Shown one piece after another: positions 13,280 through 25,479 of a stretch of DNA of 64,000 nt. The notes under the pieces are model-generated. The model had not been told where the DNA came from and did not search any database. It was given only the letters and a program-made list of their open reading frames with translations. The stretch comes from Pristiophorus japonicus (Eukaryota): NCBI RefSeq assembly GCF_044704955.1, contig NC_091999.1, forward strand, positions 40,424,001-40,488,000. The letters run 5' to 3'. Position 1 is the stretch's first letter. Every line of letters starts with the position of its first letter. A program made the position numbers and the translations under genes.

Positions 13280-15390
13280 CTGGAGGTGAGGAATAGAGAT
13301 GAAAGGAGCAGAGAGGTGAGGGGAGGAGAAGAGAGAGGACAGGAGGTGGGAGGGAAGTAGACGAGAGGAGATGAGTGTGGAGGAGAGGAGAGGAGGGGAA
13401 TAGGAGAGCAGAGGTGAGGAGAGGAGATGCGTGGAGTGGAGAAGACAGCAGAGCAGAGTAGAGGATAGGAGGTGAGAGGAGAGGTGGGAGAAGGAAAGAA
13501 TTAAGATGAGCAGGAAGGGGAGGAGAGGTTAGTGGAGGATAGGATAGATGAAAGGGGAAGTAGAGAGGCGAGCAGAGGAGAGCAGAGCAGAGATGAGTAG
13601 AGGAAAGCAGAGGAGAGTTGAAGAGAAGATAGGAGAGCGGAAGAGAGGAGAGGAGGGGAAAGGAGATGATAGTGTAGGGGAGATGGATGGAGAGGAGAGT
13701 GGAATAGAGGTGAGGAGAAGGTAGGGGAGAGGAGAGGGATGCGAGGAAAGGAGAGGCGAGGGGAGTGGAGATGAGAGTGTAGGGTAGAGGGGTGGAGAGG
13801 AGAGTGGAGTAGAGGTGGGGAGAAGGTAGGCGACAGAAGAGAGATGAGAGTAGCGGGGAGAGGAGGAGAGGAGCGTAGGAGAGAAGGGAGGAATGGAGAG
13901 AAGTGGAGAGGTGAGAGATGATGAGAGAGAAGGAGAGTAGAGCAGAGGAGAGGGGAAGGGCAGTGGGAGAGCAGAGGAGCGACCAACAGAGGAGAGGAGA
14001 GGAAGAGAGTGGGGAGAGCAGGGGCGAGAAGAGATGAGAAGGGAGGGGAGGAGAGGGGAGAAGAGAGGGGAAGCGGAGAGGAGAGTGAAGGAGAGAAGAG
14101 CTGTGGAGATTCGAGCAATGGAGAGGAGAATAGAGGAGATGAGAGGATAGGAGAGAAAAGATGAAAGCAGAGTGGAGAGAGGAGGTAGTAGATTAGAGGA
14201 GAGGAGAGGAGAAGAGAGGGGACAAGGGAGGAGTTTAGAAGCGAGGGCAGGAGAGGATAGAAGAGTGGGTAACGGAGAGGGGAGTAGAGGTGAGTGGAGA
14301 AGAGGGGAGGGAGTTAGGGGAGAGAAGAGAAGAGAGAAGACAGTGCATGAGAGGAGGAGGTGAAAAGAGGGTAGAGGAAAGGAGGGCAGAGGGGCGGAGA
14401 GTGTAGGAGGGGGAGGAGAGAAGTGGAGAAGAGAGGACTAGACAGGGTACAGGAGAGCAGAGGGAAGGAGAGGAGCGGGAAGGAGAGGAGAGGAGAGAAC
14501 ATCAGAGGAAACAAGTGAGGAGAGGAGTCAAAATGAAAGGGGAGAATAGGTGAGGAGGAGAGGAGAGGGGTGAGGAGCGGAGGGGAGAATTTAGGGGAGA
14601 GGAGTCGCGATGATTGGAGTGGAGACGAGTGGAGAGGAGAGAGGAGAGTGGACAGAGAAGCGACCTGAAAACAGGAGAGAGGAGAGGATAGGTGAGGATA
14701 GGGGTGGATCGGGGAAGACAGGAGATGAGAGAGCAGAGGAGATGAGAGGAGAATGGAGGAGAGGGAAGGGGAGGAGAATTGTGTAGGGGAGAGGGGAGAA
14801 TGGAGTAGAGGCGTGGAATAGGTAGGCAAGAGGGGAGAAAATGAGGCACAAGAGAGTTGAGGAGAACAGCTGAAAGGGAAGGAGAGTTGCGGAGAGTGGA
14901 GAGGAGAGAGGAGAGGAGACAGGAGAGAACGGGAAGACAGGTGAGAAGAGAAGTGGAGAGGAGAGAGGAGGAGATGGGAGAAGGGATGAGCCGAGTGGAG
15001 AGGATGGGGGAGGAGAGAGGAGAGGAGAGATGATGAAAGGATAAGGAGGTGAGCAAAGGGGAGAGGAGAAGAGTGTGAAGGAGAGGAGAGGCGAGAGGAG
15101 GAGAGTAGTGGAGAGGTGAGGAAAAGAGAGACGAGGGGAGGAGAGGGGAGAAGAAAGCTGAGCAGGGGAGAGTTGTGGAACGGATAGTGGATGTTATGAG
15201 AGGAGAGGAGAGGAAAGCGGAGTGAAGAGGGTAGGGAATTAGAGGGGAGGACTGGGGAGAGGAGAGGGTAGAGGCGAGGGTGGGAGAGGAGAATAGAGTA
15301 GAGGAGGGTAGATGGTAGAGGAGAGGAGAGAGGTGCGCAGAGGAGAGACGTGAGGAGAGAGGAGAGGAGATGGAGGGTGAGGAGGGGAGC
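13280..15390. repeat. ~2.1 kb polypurine (GGAGA-type) low-complexity tract
   Basis: Plus strand is almost only G/A, with degenerate GAGGA/GGAGA units. Confidence 0.95.
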
Positions 15391-15989
15391 TGTTGTGGTA
15401 AAAAAGAGGCTTCTCTCGCTCGGGATGGACCAACTGATATAGTTAACCGACACCTCGCCCAGCTTCCCACTGTATGACGAACACGGAAGTAAACAAACGA
15501 AACCTCAGGTTTACCAGTTTTATTACGAGCAATGAACGGGAAGGTTCAGTCTTGGAACCTCCGAAGTAGAAGAATTTTTAAGCATAATGTATACAGGTGT
15601 TGGAGAGGAGCTATCCTCCTCCAAAATCATCGAAAGGTCTATTGCTATCAGCGAAGTTACAGTGATTTGTCGACTCTTATCAGACGGGCTCTGAGTGGTA
15701 CATGAAACTGCCCATCTCTCATCATTGTTTTATTGTATTTTGCCCTCTACCCCAGTCTATCCGACGCTTAGTGTGGTTGTTCTGGCTTATTTATCTCTTC
15801 ATCAGCGACTTTGAAACAAAACTGCTGACTTTGGCTGTTTCAGTGTTACTAAGGTTAAGCTATAATATAATGCGTATAAGTGTGTTATACCGATATAAGC
15901 AAGTGTTACATACATCGACAATTGATAAGTTCACTACGTTCGGCATAATTCTGACCCCCTTTCTATAACCTTACTATTTATCCTTTACA
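15391..15989 (-). mobile_element. 3' LTR of ERV-B (599 bp)
   Basis: Minus strand begins TGTAAAGG right after the PPT (TAGGGGGGAAT, ~15990-16000) and ends ...CACAACA. Aligns with 23450-24048. Confidence 0.88.
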
Positions 15990-16199
15990 ATTCCCCCCTA
16001 ATGGCCCAGGCTATTTGCCCCAGATAGGCAATTTCGCAATTAATTCCACATGGGTGAGCTTCCAGGGGTGTCCTTTCACTTGGGTATGGCTACTTCCCGA
16101 GTTCATGGATCTACCTGTTGGCTTTCCCATCAAGGTTATACTATGTAAGTCCTTTTTGCAGGACTGTCTGTTTTCCCTTTCTTCAATGTTTTAACTATA

Positions 16200-18228
16200 G
16201 TACGGGCTAGGGCCTACCTCTTACGTCGGTTACAGCTTTTTAAAGGATATCAAGGTGAGCCCCCTTGCACGACAACCAATACATTGAGTCCAGCTTCGTT
16301 CGTGTATAAGTCCTTTGTAGCCAACATTTTCTCGGTGTTCGAATTATGCCACGCCTGCGTTTTCTGCTGTTTCATCTATCTTCCCTCCACTTGGGGTCTT
16401 CACTGTTCTGCCGAAATTCTGCCCCGCCTGGAGTATCTTTTATGTTGTCGAATGGTGTTTGTTTCTCTTTCAATTCGAGTATCGGTTTTCCTTGTGGCCC
16501 GATGGTCTTCGCATAACCTCCTCAGGCAATGTCCATCATTGTCCCATCGATCATTCCTCCTTTAGCTCAGGGGTTATAATAAACCCATTTATATCTGTCT
16601 CATCAAGTGGAGTAAAGCAGAAGTCAATATCCATAATGGTGCATGAGGTTTTCCTTCATTCATTACAGTTGCCGTGGTGCTCACACATCAATCTCCATAT
16701 CCTCGTACTACAGCGATAATTTAGTAATCCTGTGTTAGTGGGGGTGATACTCAAGGTGCACCCGTCCACTTGGTTATATCCACAGTCATCTTTTCTCATT
16801 CGTAGTGGATCTCGACATAAAGCAACTTGGTTATTTTTATAACAATCTACATATGCTGAGACTCTTAGTACTGTTGTTCTCTTCAATTAAATTTCTGGTT
16901 TTTCATCGTACCGCACGCGAGTTTGATTCCTTATTTCTCCTACATTGTTTGGTATAGAGGATCTCCTGTTGTCATATCATACTGTCGTATAGATAATACA
17001 AAATCTATTTAAATGTCTGGTAACACAGCTGGCCTTTGAAACCCAAGCATGACTGTTTCTCTGCACCTCGCAGGCATGAGTCATGTTTTTGTCTAAGGTC
17101 CAGTTGGTAAATATATCGAATGTTATCCAATCCGGCACATTTCTATTCTGAAGCTACTCTATGTTATGTTGTATTCCATTGAGCAACCATGCTCCATATC
17201 CTGCACGTACTAGTTCTGTCTGTATGGTTTTACTTAAGTTGCGTTATGCTCTATTCATTTATAGTTCTGGTGTGGTCTCGCAATGTGTGGGCCACTGTAA
17301 TAATTCGCTTTCTGCGCCATTACCCAGCTGTACCTGTATCTTTTCATTATCCTTATCCCTTTCCAGCAATCCCTGTCAGGTTAATGTTAAGGCGTTAACT
17401 CAATCATCTAGCGTGTGCAGGTCTATCGTTTTGCAACTCCCGCCACATACACGTATCCCGCCGTGTATTCTGCAGTGTATCCTGCCACGTATCCTGCCGT
17501 GTATCCTGCCTCGTGCCATTTCTGGTATCCCTCTTTTTCCCCTATCCCGTCTTTTTTTACCTGACCCTCTTTCCACATTAAACTTCATGGTTTTGGATTC
17601 AGCGCCTTTAAGTGCTCGAAGGATCAGGTTTCTATACAGGCTTATACTGTTTAACCCGCAGATGTTGGGGTAGCTTTATTGTTTAATTTTAGGAATACAG
17701 TAATTATTCGCTGACGTACCCTGAAGTGTATCTTATCCTTGGTCTGCCTTATCAATTTCTCTTTTGCCCCAGTGTTCACAGTTGGACGCGTTTGTGGCGC
17801 TGAGGGTGTGATGGTCGAGGGCCTGGTAGCGCTCACTGTTGCTAAAGTAGTGGATGGGTCCGTGTTGGTGGGTCTATCTCTGGAGATATCCCTCCACCAC
17901 CATTCATAGATGTTCATGAAATCTGCACCCCATTCCCCTGTTGCAATATGTTTGTCCCTCCTGATTAAAAACACACCGCGGTCTTATTCCCACTAATTAT
18001 GGTTCTATATTATTGGCTCATCCCCAATGTTGTTTCGTTTCCTTGTAACATTGTTTTATGCCCGTTATTTAACTCTACTGTTGCTCCGTCCGACACCATC
18101 AGTATTTTTGATGTTTTATTAAACTAATGTCGTCCGAGTCCCTGTAATACAGGCCTTGCCATCCCTCAGTCTGTTGTCCCTGATATGAGGCTGCGTTACT
18201 CCACGTTATTTCCATGAGCTCTCGAGTC
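16200..18228 (-). pseudogene. ERV-B env remnant
   Basis: Splice acceptor tgctttttgcag| at 18229 after the integrase end. Thr/Pro-rich SU stretch (17651-17974), furin site RGKR|GI at ~17530-17545, and Cys-rich TM ectodomain (VDCYKNNQVALCRDP...CGYNQVDGC). Confidence 0.75.
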
Positions 18229-18299
18229 CTGCAAAAAGCAATATTTTCCGGTCGTCACTGGTTAGTTAGTGACCATGCTTTTTTAACTTGGTCCAGTGT

Positions 18300-20860
18300 T
18301 TCCACTTGCCGATACTCCTTATAAGTACCATAACGTACTATGATTACCTGATAGAGACCGATCCATTTGGATGCGATCTCGAACCTCTCTGGGGTAATTT
18401 CTTGACTGCATATTTGGGGTGTTTGGAACTTCTGTTTCTTAGTGTCGTTCTCTAAATCCTTGATTTGCTGATCTCTAAACTTTTACTCTATATCAATTCT
18501 ATTATAACTAAACAGTATGTTTTCCCCCTGTTGCTGGATAATGGTCCAATAAAATCTACCAGCAAATTTTCCCAGAGTCCCTTCGGTCGGGGCTAATGTC
18601 CCATTCTGACCTTTACTTTCCCCACTGGGTTTTATTTTGTGCATATCACGCACCTTCTGCAGAGGTCCTCTATATCTCTAAATATTCCCTTCCACCACCA
18701 GCATCTGGACATCGAGCTTATCATGTTGGTTCTACCTGTATGCACATACCCATGGTATAAATTTAATAGGCTCCCCTGGATGCATTCCGGGGCCACCACA
18801 TTCCCATCTTTTCTCCATATCCCGTCGGTCCCTTGTTTGGCCCATCTCTGCTTCCATCCCTCCTGTTCCTGCGGATTGGCCTCTCCCTGTACCTCAAGCA
18901 TATTTACTTCCTCAGGCCTGATTTTACATGCTCTGCCTTGGGCTTCCCCGGCCAGTGTACCTGCCACTCGCTTGGTTGCTTCATCTGTCCATGCATTCCC
19001 CTGTTCATACTGATCATTCTTTTTTACATGTGCTTTAATCTTTATTATCGCACACTCCTGGGGTAGGTGGGAGGCTTCCATTAGATGTTTATCAATGTCC
19101 TCATGTTTAATCGGTCCTCCTCCTGAGGGCGTGTATCCCCGTCTGCTCCAGGCTATCATATAATCATGCACTAATCCGAAAGCGTTTCGACTGTCTGTAT
19201 AGACGTTTACTCATTTTCCCCTAGCCACCCTCAGAGCCTCAGTGAGAACCACTAATTCAACCACTTGAGCTGATAGATTCTCTTCTAACCGTCCTTCCCC
19301 TTTGGCCTGACCGCTGCGATCTACCACGGCCCATCCTGTCTGTGGTGTCCCATTGATATAGCGCCAAAACCTATCTACATATAGATCCATGTCTGCCTCC
19401 TCAAGCGGGGTTTTATTTGCCTGACTACTTCTCTCATCTTCTTCTGTTGTGCTACACTGATGCTCCTCTCCCTCTGTATTTTATTATTGTTACCGTCCCG
19501 TTGGGTGGGTGGGGGGAGAGGAGGGAGGAGAGCATTATTTACCACCTCGCCATTTGTGCATCGAATACCTTTTTAGCCTTCCAGTGTTAGGTAATTCTAC
19601 TAAGGTACGCTGGGTTTGTAGAATAATGCATCCTGGCATTATTATTGGTTCGTTAACTCTGATGGCCCAAGCAGCACAGTCGAGGGCATCAACGCAACTG
19701 GACAGTCCTGCAGCTACAGGTTGCGGTTTATCTGAGTAATATGGCACTGGGCTATGCCTTTCGCCATGTAATTGAATCACTACCGCGTTATAATGATGGT
19801 TAATATGGTAGGAAGAGACGTAAAAGGGTCTATTCTGGTCTGGTAGTCCCAGGGCTGGAGCACTTGTGAGAGTTTGTTTTAACCGCACACATGCAGTTTC
19901 TTGATCTAGATCCCAGTTTAGTGGCTCTTAGGAGGGTTCCCATCCTTTGACCTGTTTCTGTATAGGTTCGGCCACCTTGGCATATTCGGGAATAACATTT
20001 CTGCAGTAGTTTAATAGCCCTAGTATCTGCCTGACCCCTTTCACGGTTCCTGGTCTGGGGATTGATTGAATTGCTTCCTTACTGTCCTCGGGCATCTGTC
20101 TCTTCCCTTACGATATTATGTATCCCAGATATGTTACTTCGCTCCTTCTTTCTCCTAAGTCTACTGGTTCCAAAATCCCTGACAATATTCGATGAAATAT
20201 GCTCCAGCTGTTATTGAATCACAGTGGTACCTTGGCCCATGTGTATTGTTATCCATTTAGCATGAAGATAAATTTTCCTTGAGACTCTTTGGCTAAGGGA
20301 ATCGTCCAAGTTCCATTCACTATATCCAGCATGGTGAATATCTTATGATCTGGATCCAGGCCATTAAAAATTGTGGCCGGACTTGCCACTATTGGGTGTT
20401 GTCCGGAAGTCACCTTATTCAGGGTGGTATAATCGATAGTCAGTCGGTAACACCGGTCGGGTTTCTTCATCAGCCACACAGGTGAATTAATGGAAGCTAT
20501 TACATATTTCAATATACTTTGCTCCTCTAATTCATGCACTATCTGACAGACCGCTATCTAAGCTTCGGGTGTTAATTGGTACGGTCGGTGAGCTTTGTGT
20601 TCGGGTCCAGGAAATTTGATGGGTGATATCTCTGCTAATCCACAATCTTGTTTGCATTGTGCCCACAGAGTCGGGTATAATTGGCACACGCTACCCAATA
20701 CAGCCATTGAATCCCACTCGGGTTGGATTATGGTTGTTCCTGCCATTCGTTGCTGCTGGTGTCCCGAGTTTTCGAACTTAATTCGGTTTTCGTGCTGATC
20801 CCCCAAAATTATCCGATTACGCTGAAGAGCTATTAGTACCCCTATCTCTCTTAATGTATC
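18300..20860 (-). pseudogene. ERV-B pol remnant (RT, connection, RNase H, integrase); internal deletions
   Basis: NSPVWLMKKPDRCYRLTIDY and LDIVNGTWTIPL (RT); LKQTLTSAPALGLPD; VYTDSRNAFGLVHDY and KIKAH (RNase H); HGYVH...CRRCVIC and VDFIGP (IN). The YxDD segment and most of the IN core appear deleted. Confidence 0.9.
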
Positions 20861-21038
20861 GCTGCCTTCTGTATACCTTCTTTATGTTGCCTTCTGTATT
20901 CTGACAGCACCAAAACTGAGCAGGTAGCATTACCCCTGTATTTCGACAACACCATCTCACTTAGGGTTGCATTCTGATATGCCCCACTCTCTCCTTGTAT
21001 GTTGATGGTCCTATGGGTCAGGTGCAAATCTAAGTTGG

Positions 21039-22120
21039 TTATTGGGTGTTCTCTGGTTGGGGCGGTGGTGGCAGTGGTACCAGTGGTGCTGGTACCTGTC
21101 TGAGCGTGTCCATCAGATCTTCCCTGATTAATGGTATTCCCTTCTGTGCCTGTTTGTGGTCTCGCCATCCAGCGCCTTCCTCATAACTCCAGCTATCTTT
21201 GGCCAGATGTCCAAGTTTACCACAATTTTGACATCTCCCTTTAGAATTGCCGAAACCTCTGCTTTTCTGCAGGCAATCCCTATTGAACTTGCCTTCCTGA
21301 TTGCAGTTTAAACATATCAGTGGAGCTGCGCAGGAGTGTGTCTCTTCCTCCTTCGTCTCTGTTGCTAACGCTGTTGTTGCTATTTTTGCTCTTTTATCCC
21401 TTGTTCTATCTTTAACCCCTCTACATGTTCTGCCCATTCCAAAGTTTCATCATAATCATCTCCAATCTTAAATAATCACTTAATTATCTTTTGATGTGCC
21501 TTTCCTCGTCCATCCTTAAACATTTTCAAGAATGCTGCATCATTTATGTTGCGGTCATCAGCCCCAGAGTGGTTTTTGTATTCAATCCACTTTCGTTCCC
21601 CGTACTCCCCAACCCTTTTCCCTGCCTCTTGAGTCACAGTATTCTACTCCAATCTTTTGTCAGAGTTCTGTATCTCTACTATTTTGCTTTAGCGGGTGGT
21701 AACTTATTCAATAGAATTTGTCTCCTGTGGGCTGAGGGGCACCTCCTTTATGGTAATTTGGGCTGCTCTACTCCCACTGGAGCGAATGGTGGTCGTACGT
21801 ATCAGTGCCACTGATAAATAGCCATCATCATGTGCCGGGGCCACCTCTACTCCAAACTCATTATCCCTCTCTGATTGACTGTTAGGTTGGGTTTGTGGAC
21901 TGCACTTACCCACCTTGGGGTACGTTATCTCTATTACCGTAGGTGATGGTGCTATGTCTGTGCTCTGCACTATCCATCTGGTCCTGTCTTTTTCTCTGCC
22001 AGCTTATTTATCTTTAGCTTCTAACTCTTGAATTTGATGCGTTTAAGTATCTATCTGTCCTCTGCAGCAGGTGAATATTGTTACATAGGCTTTCTTCGTT
22101 TTGTTTTCATTCTGAATATC
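21039..22120 (-). pseudogene. ERV-B gag remnant with two CCHC-type zinc knuckles
   Basis: CLNCNQEGKFNRDC and CQNCGKLGHLAKDS in ORF 21039-21437, followed by a Pro-rich tail. The 5' boundary is approximate. Confidence 0.8.
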
Positions 22121-23429
22121 CCCACATTTCTTCTGTCTGTCAGGTGAGTCTTTTTTCTTTTATTAAGAAATCCAAATTAATAATGTCCAGTATAAAACCG
22201 CTTTCAATGGAAAGGGTTAACTCTTTTACAGGTTTGTAAGAAGGCCTGGCGTCATTACGTGACTTCGGGTATTCATCTGCAAATTTTTCCCAAGTCTTTG
22301 TGCTTTCAAAACTTGCTAAGAAATTAGGAATCCGTTAAAATAGCATAAATTATTAGTAAAGTTGTCAAAATAAAACCTTCTCAGCGGGAAAGGCAGCATT
22401 TTAGATTAAACTCCAATTTCTCTACACATCCAATTCAAATACTTGCCAACGAGTTTTTCATTGATTTAAAGCGAGACCACACATTTTAATAGCTATTTTG
22501 TTTACAGAAATCCAATTTCCACGCAAGCTATATACATTCCAGCATTTTGTTTTTTTATGGTCCCGTTCACTGAGCAAATCTTGTGTTTTATTTCTCTCAG
22601 CACAAAATCTAAACTTCAGTGCCGGTCCATCTTTTTAAGAATCCTGTAATTCCTAGTTTTTTCTTTCTGTGCTGAGTTCACAAAGCTTAGACCTTTTCCC
22701 CCTTTTGAATCTGAACTTAATCATTTTTTGATGACCTTACTCCAGTCCATAGTTAAACATCTTGGTTTCTCTTTCTCGGCACAAAGCGTTGTCGGGTTTA
22801 ACTCATAAATTTTTATATTTCAACCAATATCTTTTTCACAGCCAATTTAAATCTCGTTTCTTCAAATTTGGTTTTGTATTTTGATGATCTTCCTCCAGTC
22901 CATTTTCCTCAACATCTTTGTTTCTCTGCAGCTTTCAAGGTCATATTTCTATCTTTTGATAAAAACAAACTGTCGTTTGTAAATTCAATTTGATTTCCAA
23001 CATTTTTCTTTTCTTTTATTAATTTTCCATGTATCTCAGCGAGCATTTTAACCCACTGGCCAGTTTACTTTGGATCCTGGGGTCCAAGCCCACGGTTTAG
23101 GTTGTATTTCTTCTTGTTTGCACCGCACACGATCAATACCAGCCTCACAGTGTTATTACCACGTCACGCTTCAGGACATACGCCTTATATTTCCCATAAC
23201 GATCGCTGGGGTCCACTCCCCCCGCGGTTGCATTCCTTCTTTTTCAGGCATACACCTATCCCACCCTTGGTTTTCAGCCATCTGTGGTTCGTTATAAGTT
23301 GTCCGACAGCTGAACCCTTCTAATCATTTATACAAATTAACTCCTTCCCCGTCAATGCTACAGCTGCATGTGGTAAAAAACATGCTCACTACCATTTAGC
23401 TGTCACGTGATCCAGGTCGGAAGGTCTGC

Positions 23430-23447
23430 ATTCGGTTCATGACGCCA
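23430..23447 (-). promoter_or_regulatory. PBS of ERV-B, tRNA-Ser-like
   Basis: TGGCGTCATGAACCGAAT, 2 nt from the LTR; 15/18 match to TGGCGTCACGAACAGGAT (complement of a tRNA-Ser(CGA)-type 3' end). Confidence 0.7.
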
Positions 23448-23449
23448 AA

Positions 23450-24048
23450 TGTTGGGGTTAAAAAGGAGGCGTATCTTCTTTGACGTGGACTAACTGATAA
23501 AGTTCATCGACACCTCACCTTTCTCCCACTATATAACGACCACGGAAGTTAACACACGAAATCCCACGATGAACTGGCTTTTATTACGAGCAATTGCACG
23601 GGAAGGTTCAGTCGTGGCACCTCCGAAAAAGAAAAGTTTTCAAGCATAACTTATACAGGTTTTGGAGAGGAGCTATCCTCCTGCAATATCATCGATAGGT
23701 CTATTGATATCAGCAAAGTTACATTGATTTGTCGACACTTATCCGACGGGCTCTGAGTGGTAAATGCAACAGTCCATCTCTCATCATTGTTTTGTTCCAT
23801 TTTGCCCTCTACCCCAGTCTATCCGACGGTTAGAGTGGCTGTACTTGCTTATTTATCTCTTCCTCAGGGACTTAAAAAAACTGCTGACCGGCTGTTTAAG
23901 TATTACAGAGGTTACGGATTCAGTTCAATGTGTTATACATTTGCGCTGTACCTACATAAGCAAGTGTTACCTACATAGCAATTATAAGTTCAAGACCTTC
24001 ATCATAATTCTGAGCTCCTATTTGCAACCTTACAATTTATCCATTGAA
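23450..24048 (-). mobile_element. 5' LTR of ERV-B
   Basis: Colinear with 15391-15989 (e.g. shared GGAGAGGAGCTATCCTCCT and GACGGGCTCTGAGTGGTA). The outer terminus is eroded. Confidence 0.88.
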
Positions 24049-24049
24049 G

Positions 24050-25435
24050 GGGTCGATGCAAATCCTCCATCATTGCTCCCCATGAGTCCTCTCATTGTTT
24101 AGTGAGACGTTTATTCTCTCTGCTTAGATCTTCGTTTTACACCTCAAGATTTCCGAATTGTTTGCACTGCAGCCCCGACGTGAATTGCATTGATACTCTG
24201 CTGTTGGATTACTGCAGTAGCTGAGGCAAATTGACTCTGCAAATTCACAATTTTCTGTTTAATGTCTGAATCTATTTTCTGCAATTCTTCATTCTTAGCC
24301 GATTTTTTTTTTCAGTTCTGATATTTTATCCTCTAATTCTTTCTTGACCTTTGATTGACGTCCTCGGAAGTACGAAGCTGCACAGGTGACTAGACGCATC
24401 GTCTTACCCAGATTCCATTTCGTAGCTTTAATGTGTTCATAAATAAAAGTGACCACATCCTTAAGGGATGCATTCGGATTCTTCCCGAGGCAATCTAGCA
24501 ACTGTGTCTGCACTTGCGTTTCGTCCCATCTTTTTTCTATCTTTTTCTGATACTCTTCCAAGAGACACTCCTCCGGCATCTGAAAATTAATTATTTTTAA
24601 GCAAGCTTCCTTAATGAAGATAACAGTCACTAGCAGTTGACTTAAATCAACCTTACACAAGATTTGATCGGTGATCAAACGATCTGCCTTGCATCTGCTG
24701 GTGATACACAACAACTTGTTTTCAAATAGACAGAAAAAATTACAAGAGTTCCCAATTAACTTGATTATTGAGTATATTGCATTTTGTTCAATATCTCTTT
24801 GTTTTGTTCCTTCGTGGTCGCCAGATGTAGTTTTTATCCAATGAGCAGCTTTTTGCCGCTTTGCTAACTATAGCAATTCAACTATTTTCAGGGTATATAT
24901 TTAATTCAAACTGGGAGACTCTTGTTCAGATCATACCAAATGCTTTTAATAGAGGTATAGTGAGTAAAAACAGTGTTTTATCAAGTAAATTACATTCTGT
25001 TACAAAAAGTAACACTAAACAAATTATAGTCGCAGCCTAATTCTCGATAACGTCCTCTCGAGCTGACCGTGGTGCCGACTCCTTATCTCCTGTTCGCTTG
25101 ATTTGCACTGCCTTCTGAGTAGAAGAGCTGTTACCTTATACCATTTTTCTCCCATTCAAAAGCTGTGAAAATTTACAGCTGTTGTAGCCTTACAATAGAT
25201 CATATTATCTATTGCCTTTGACTTTCTATGTTATCTCTATCTTCCTCCCTCTCTGTGGCACGAATCACTTCTCTGAGAACAATTATACAGACCATGGTCA
25301 CACAGAATTCATTACTGAGCTTGGCTTTACAAAGATATGACAAGAACTGGTACGCAATGTATACCTTTATGTTATTGAATAATAATTTTGGCCTTGATCT
25401 TTCTATTTCTAAATGAAGCTTTATCAGCAGTTACA
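24050..25435 (-). mobile_element. Truncated LTR retroelement ERV-C: 5' LTR (~24826-25435), tRNA-Arg-like PBS (24806-24823), start of gag
   Basis: PBS TGGCGACCACGAAGGAAC matches the complement of a tRNA-Arg(UCG)-type 3' end, 2 nt from ...CTACA. Helical/coiled-coil gag-like ORF MPEECLLEEYQKKIEKRW...ELEDKISELKKK. The LTR outer end TGTAAC at 25435 is inferred. Confidence 0.68.
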
Positions 25436-25479
25436 AAAATGGATAAAATAATAATGACTCAATTTAACGTGATGCTTTG

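Larger units (their letters stand above)
15391..24048 (-). mobile_element. Endogenous retrovirus ERV-B: two-LTR provirus, LTR-PBS-gag-pol-env-PPT-LTR, defective
   Basis: Related LTRs at both ends, PBS, PPT, two zinc knuckles, RT, RNase H, integrase HHCC and env remnants in canonical retroviral order. Confidence 0.92.

Noticed and set aside
13501-15470. Long Ser/Pro/Leu-rich ORFs (205, 379, 322 aa)
   Set aside because: By-product of the stop-poor polypyrimidine strand; no domain structure.
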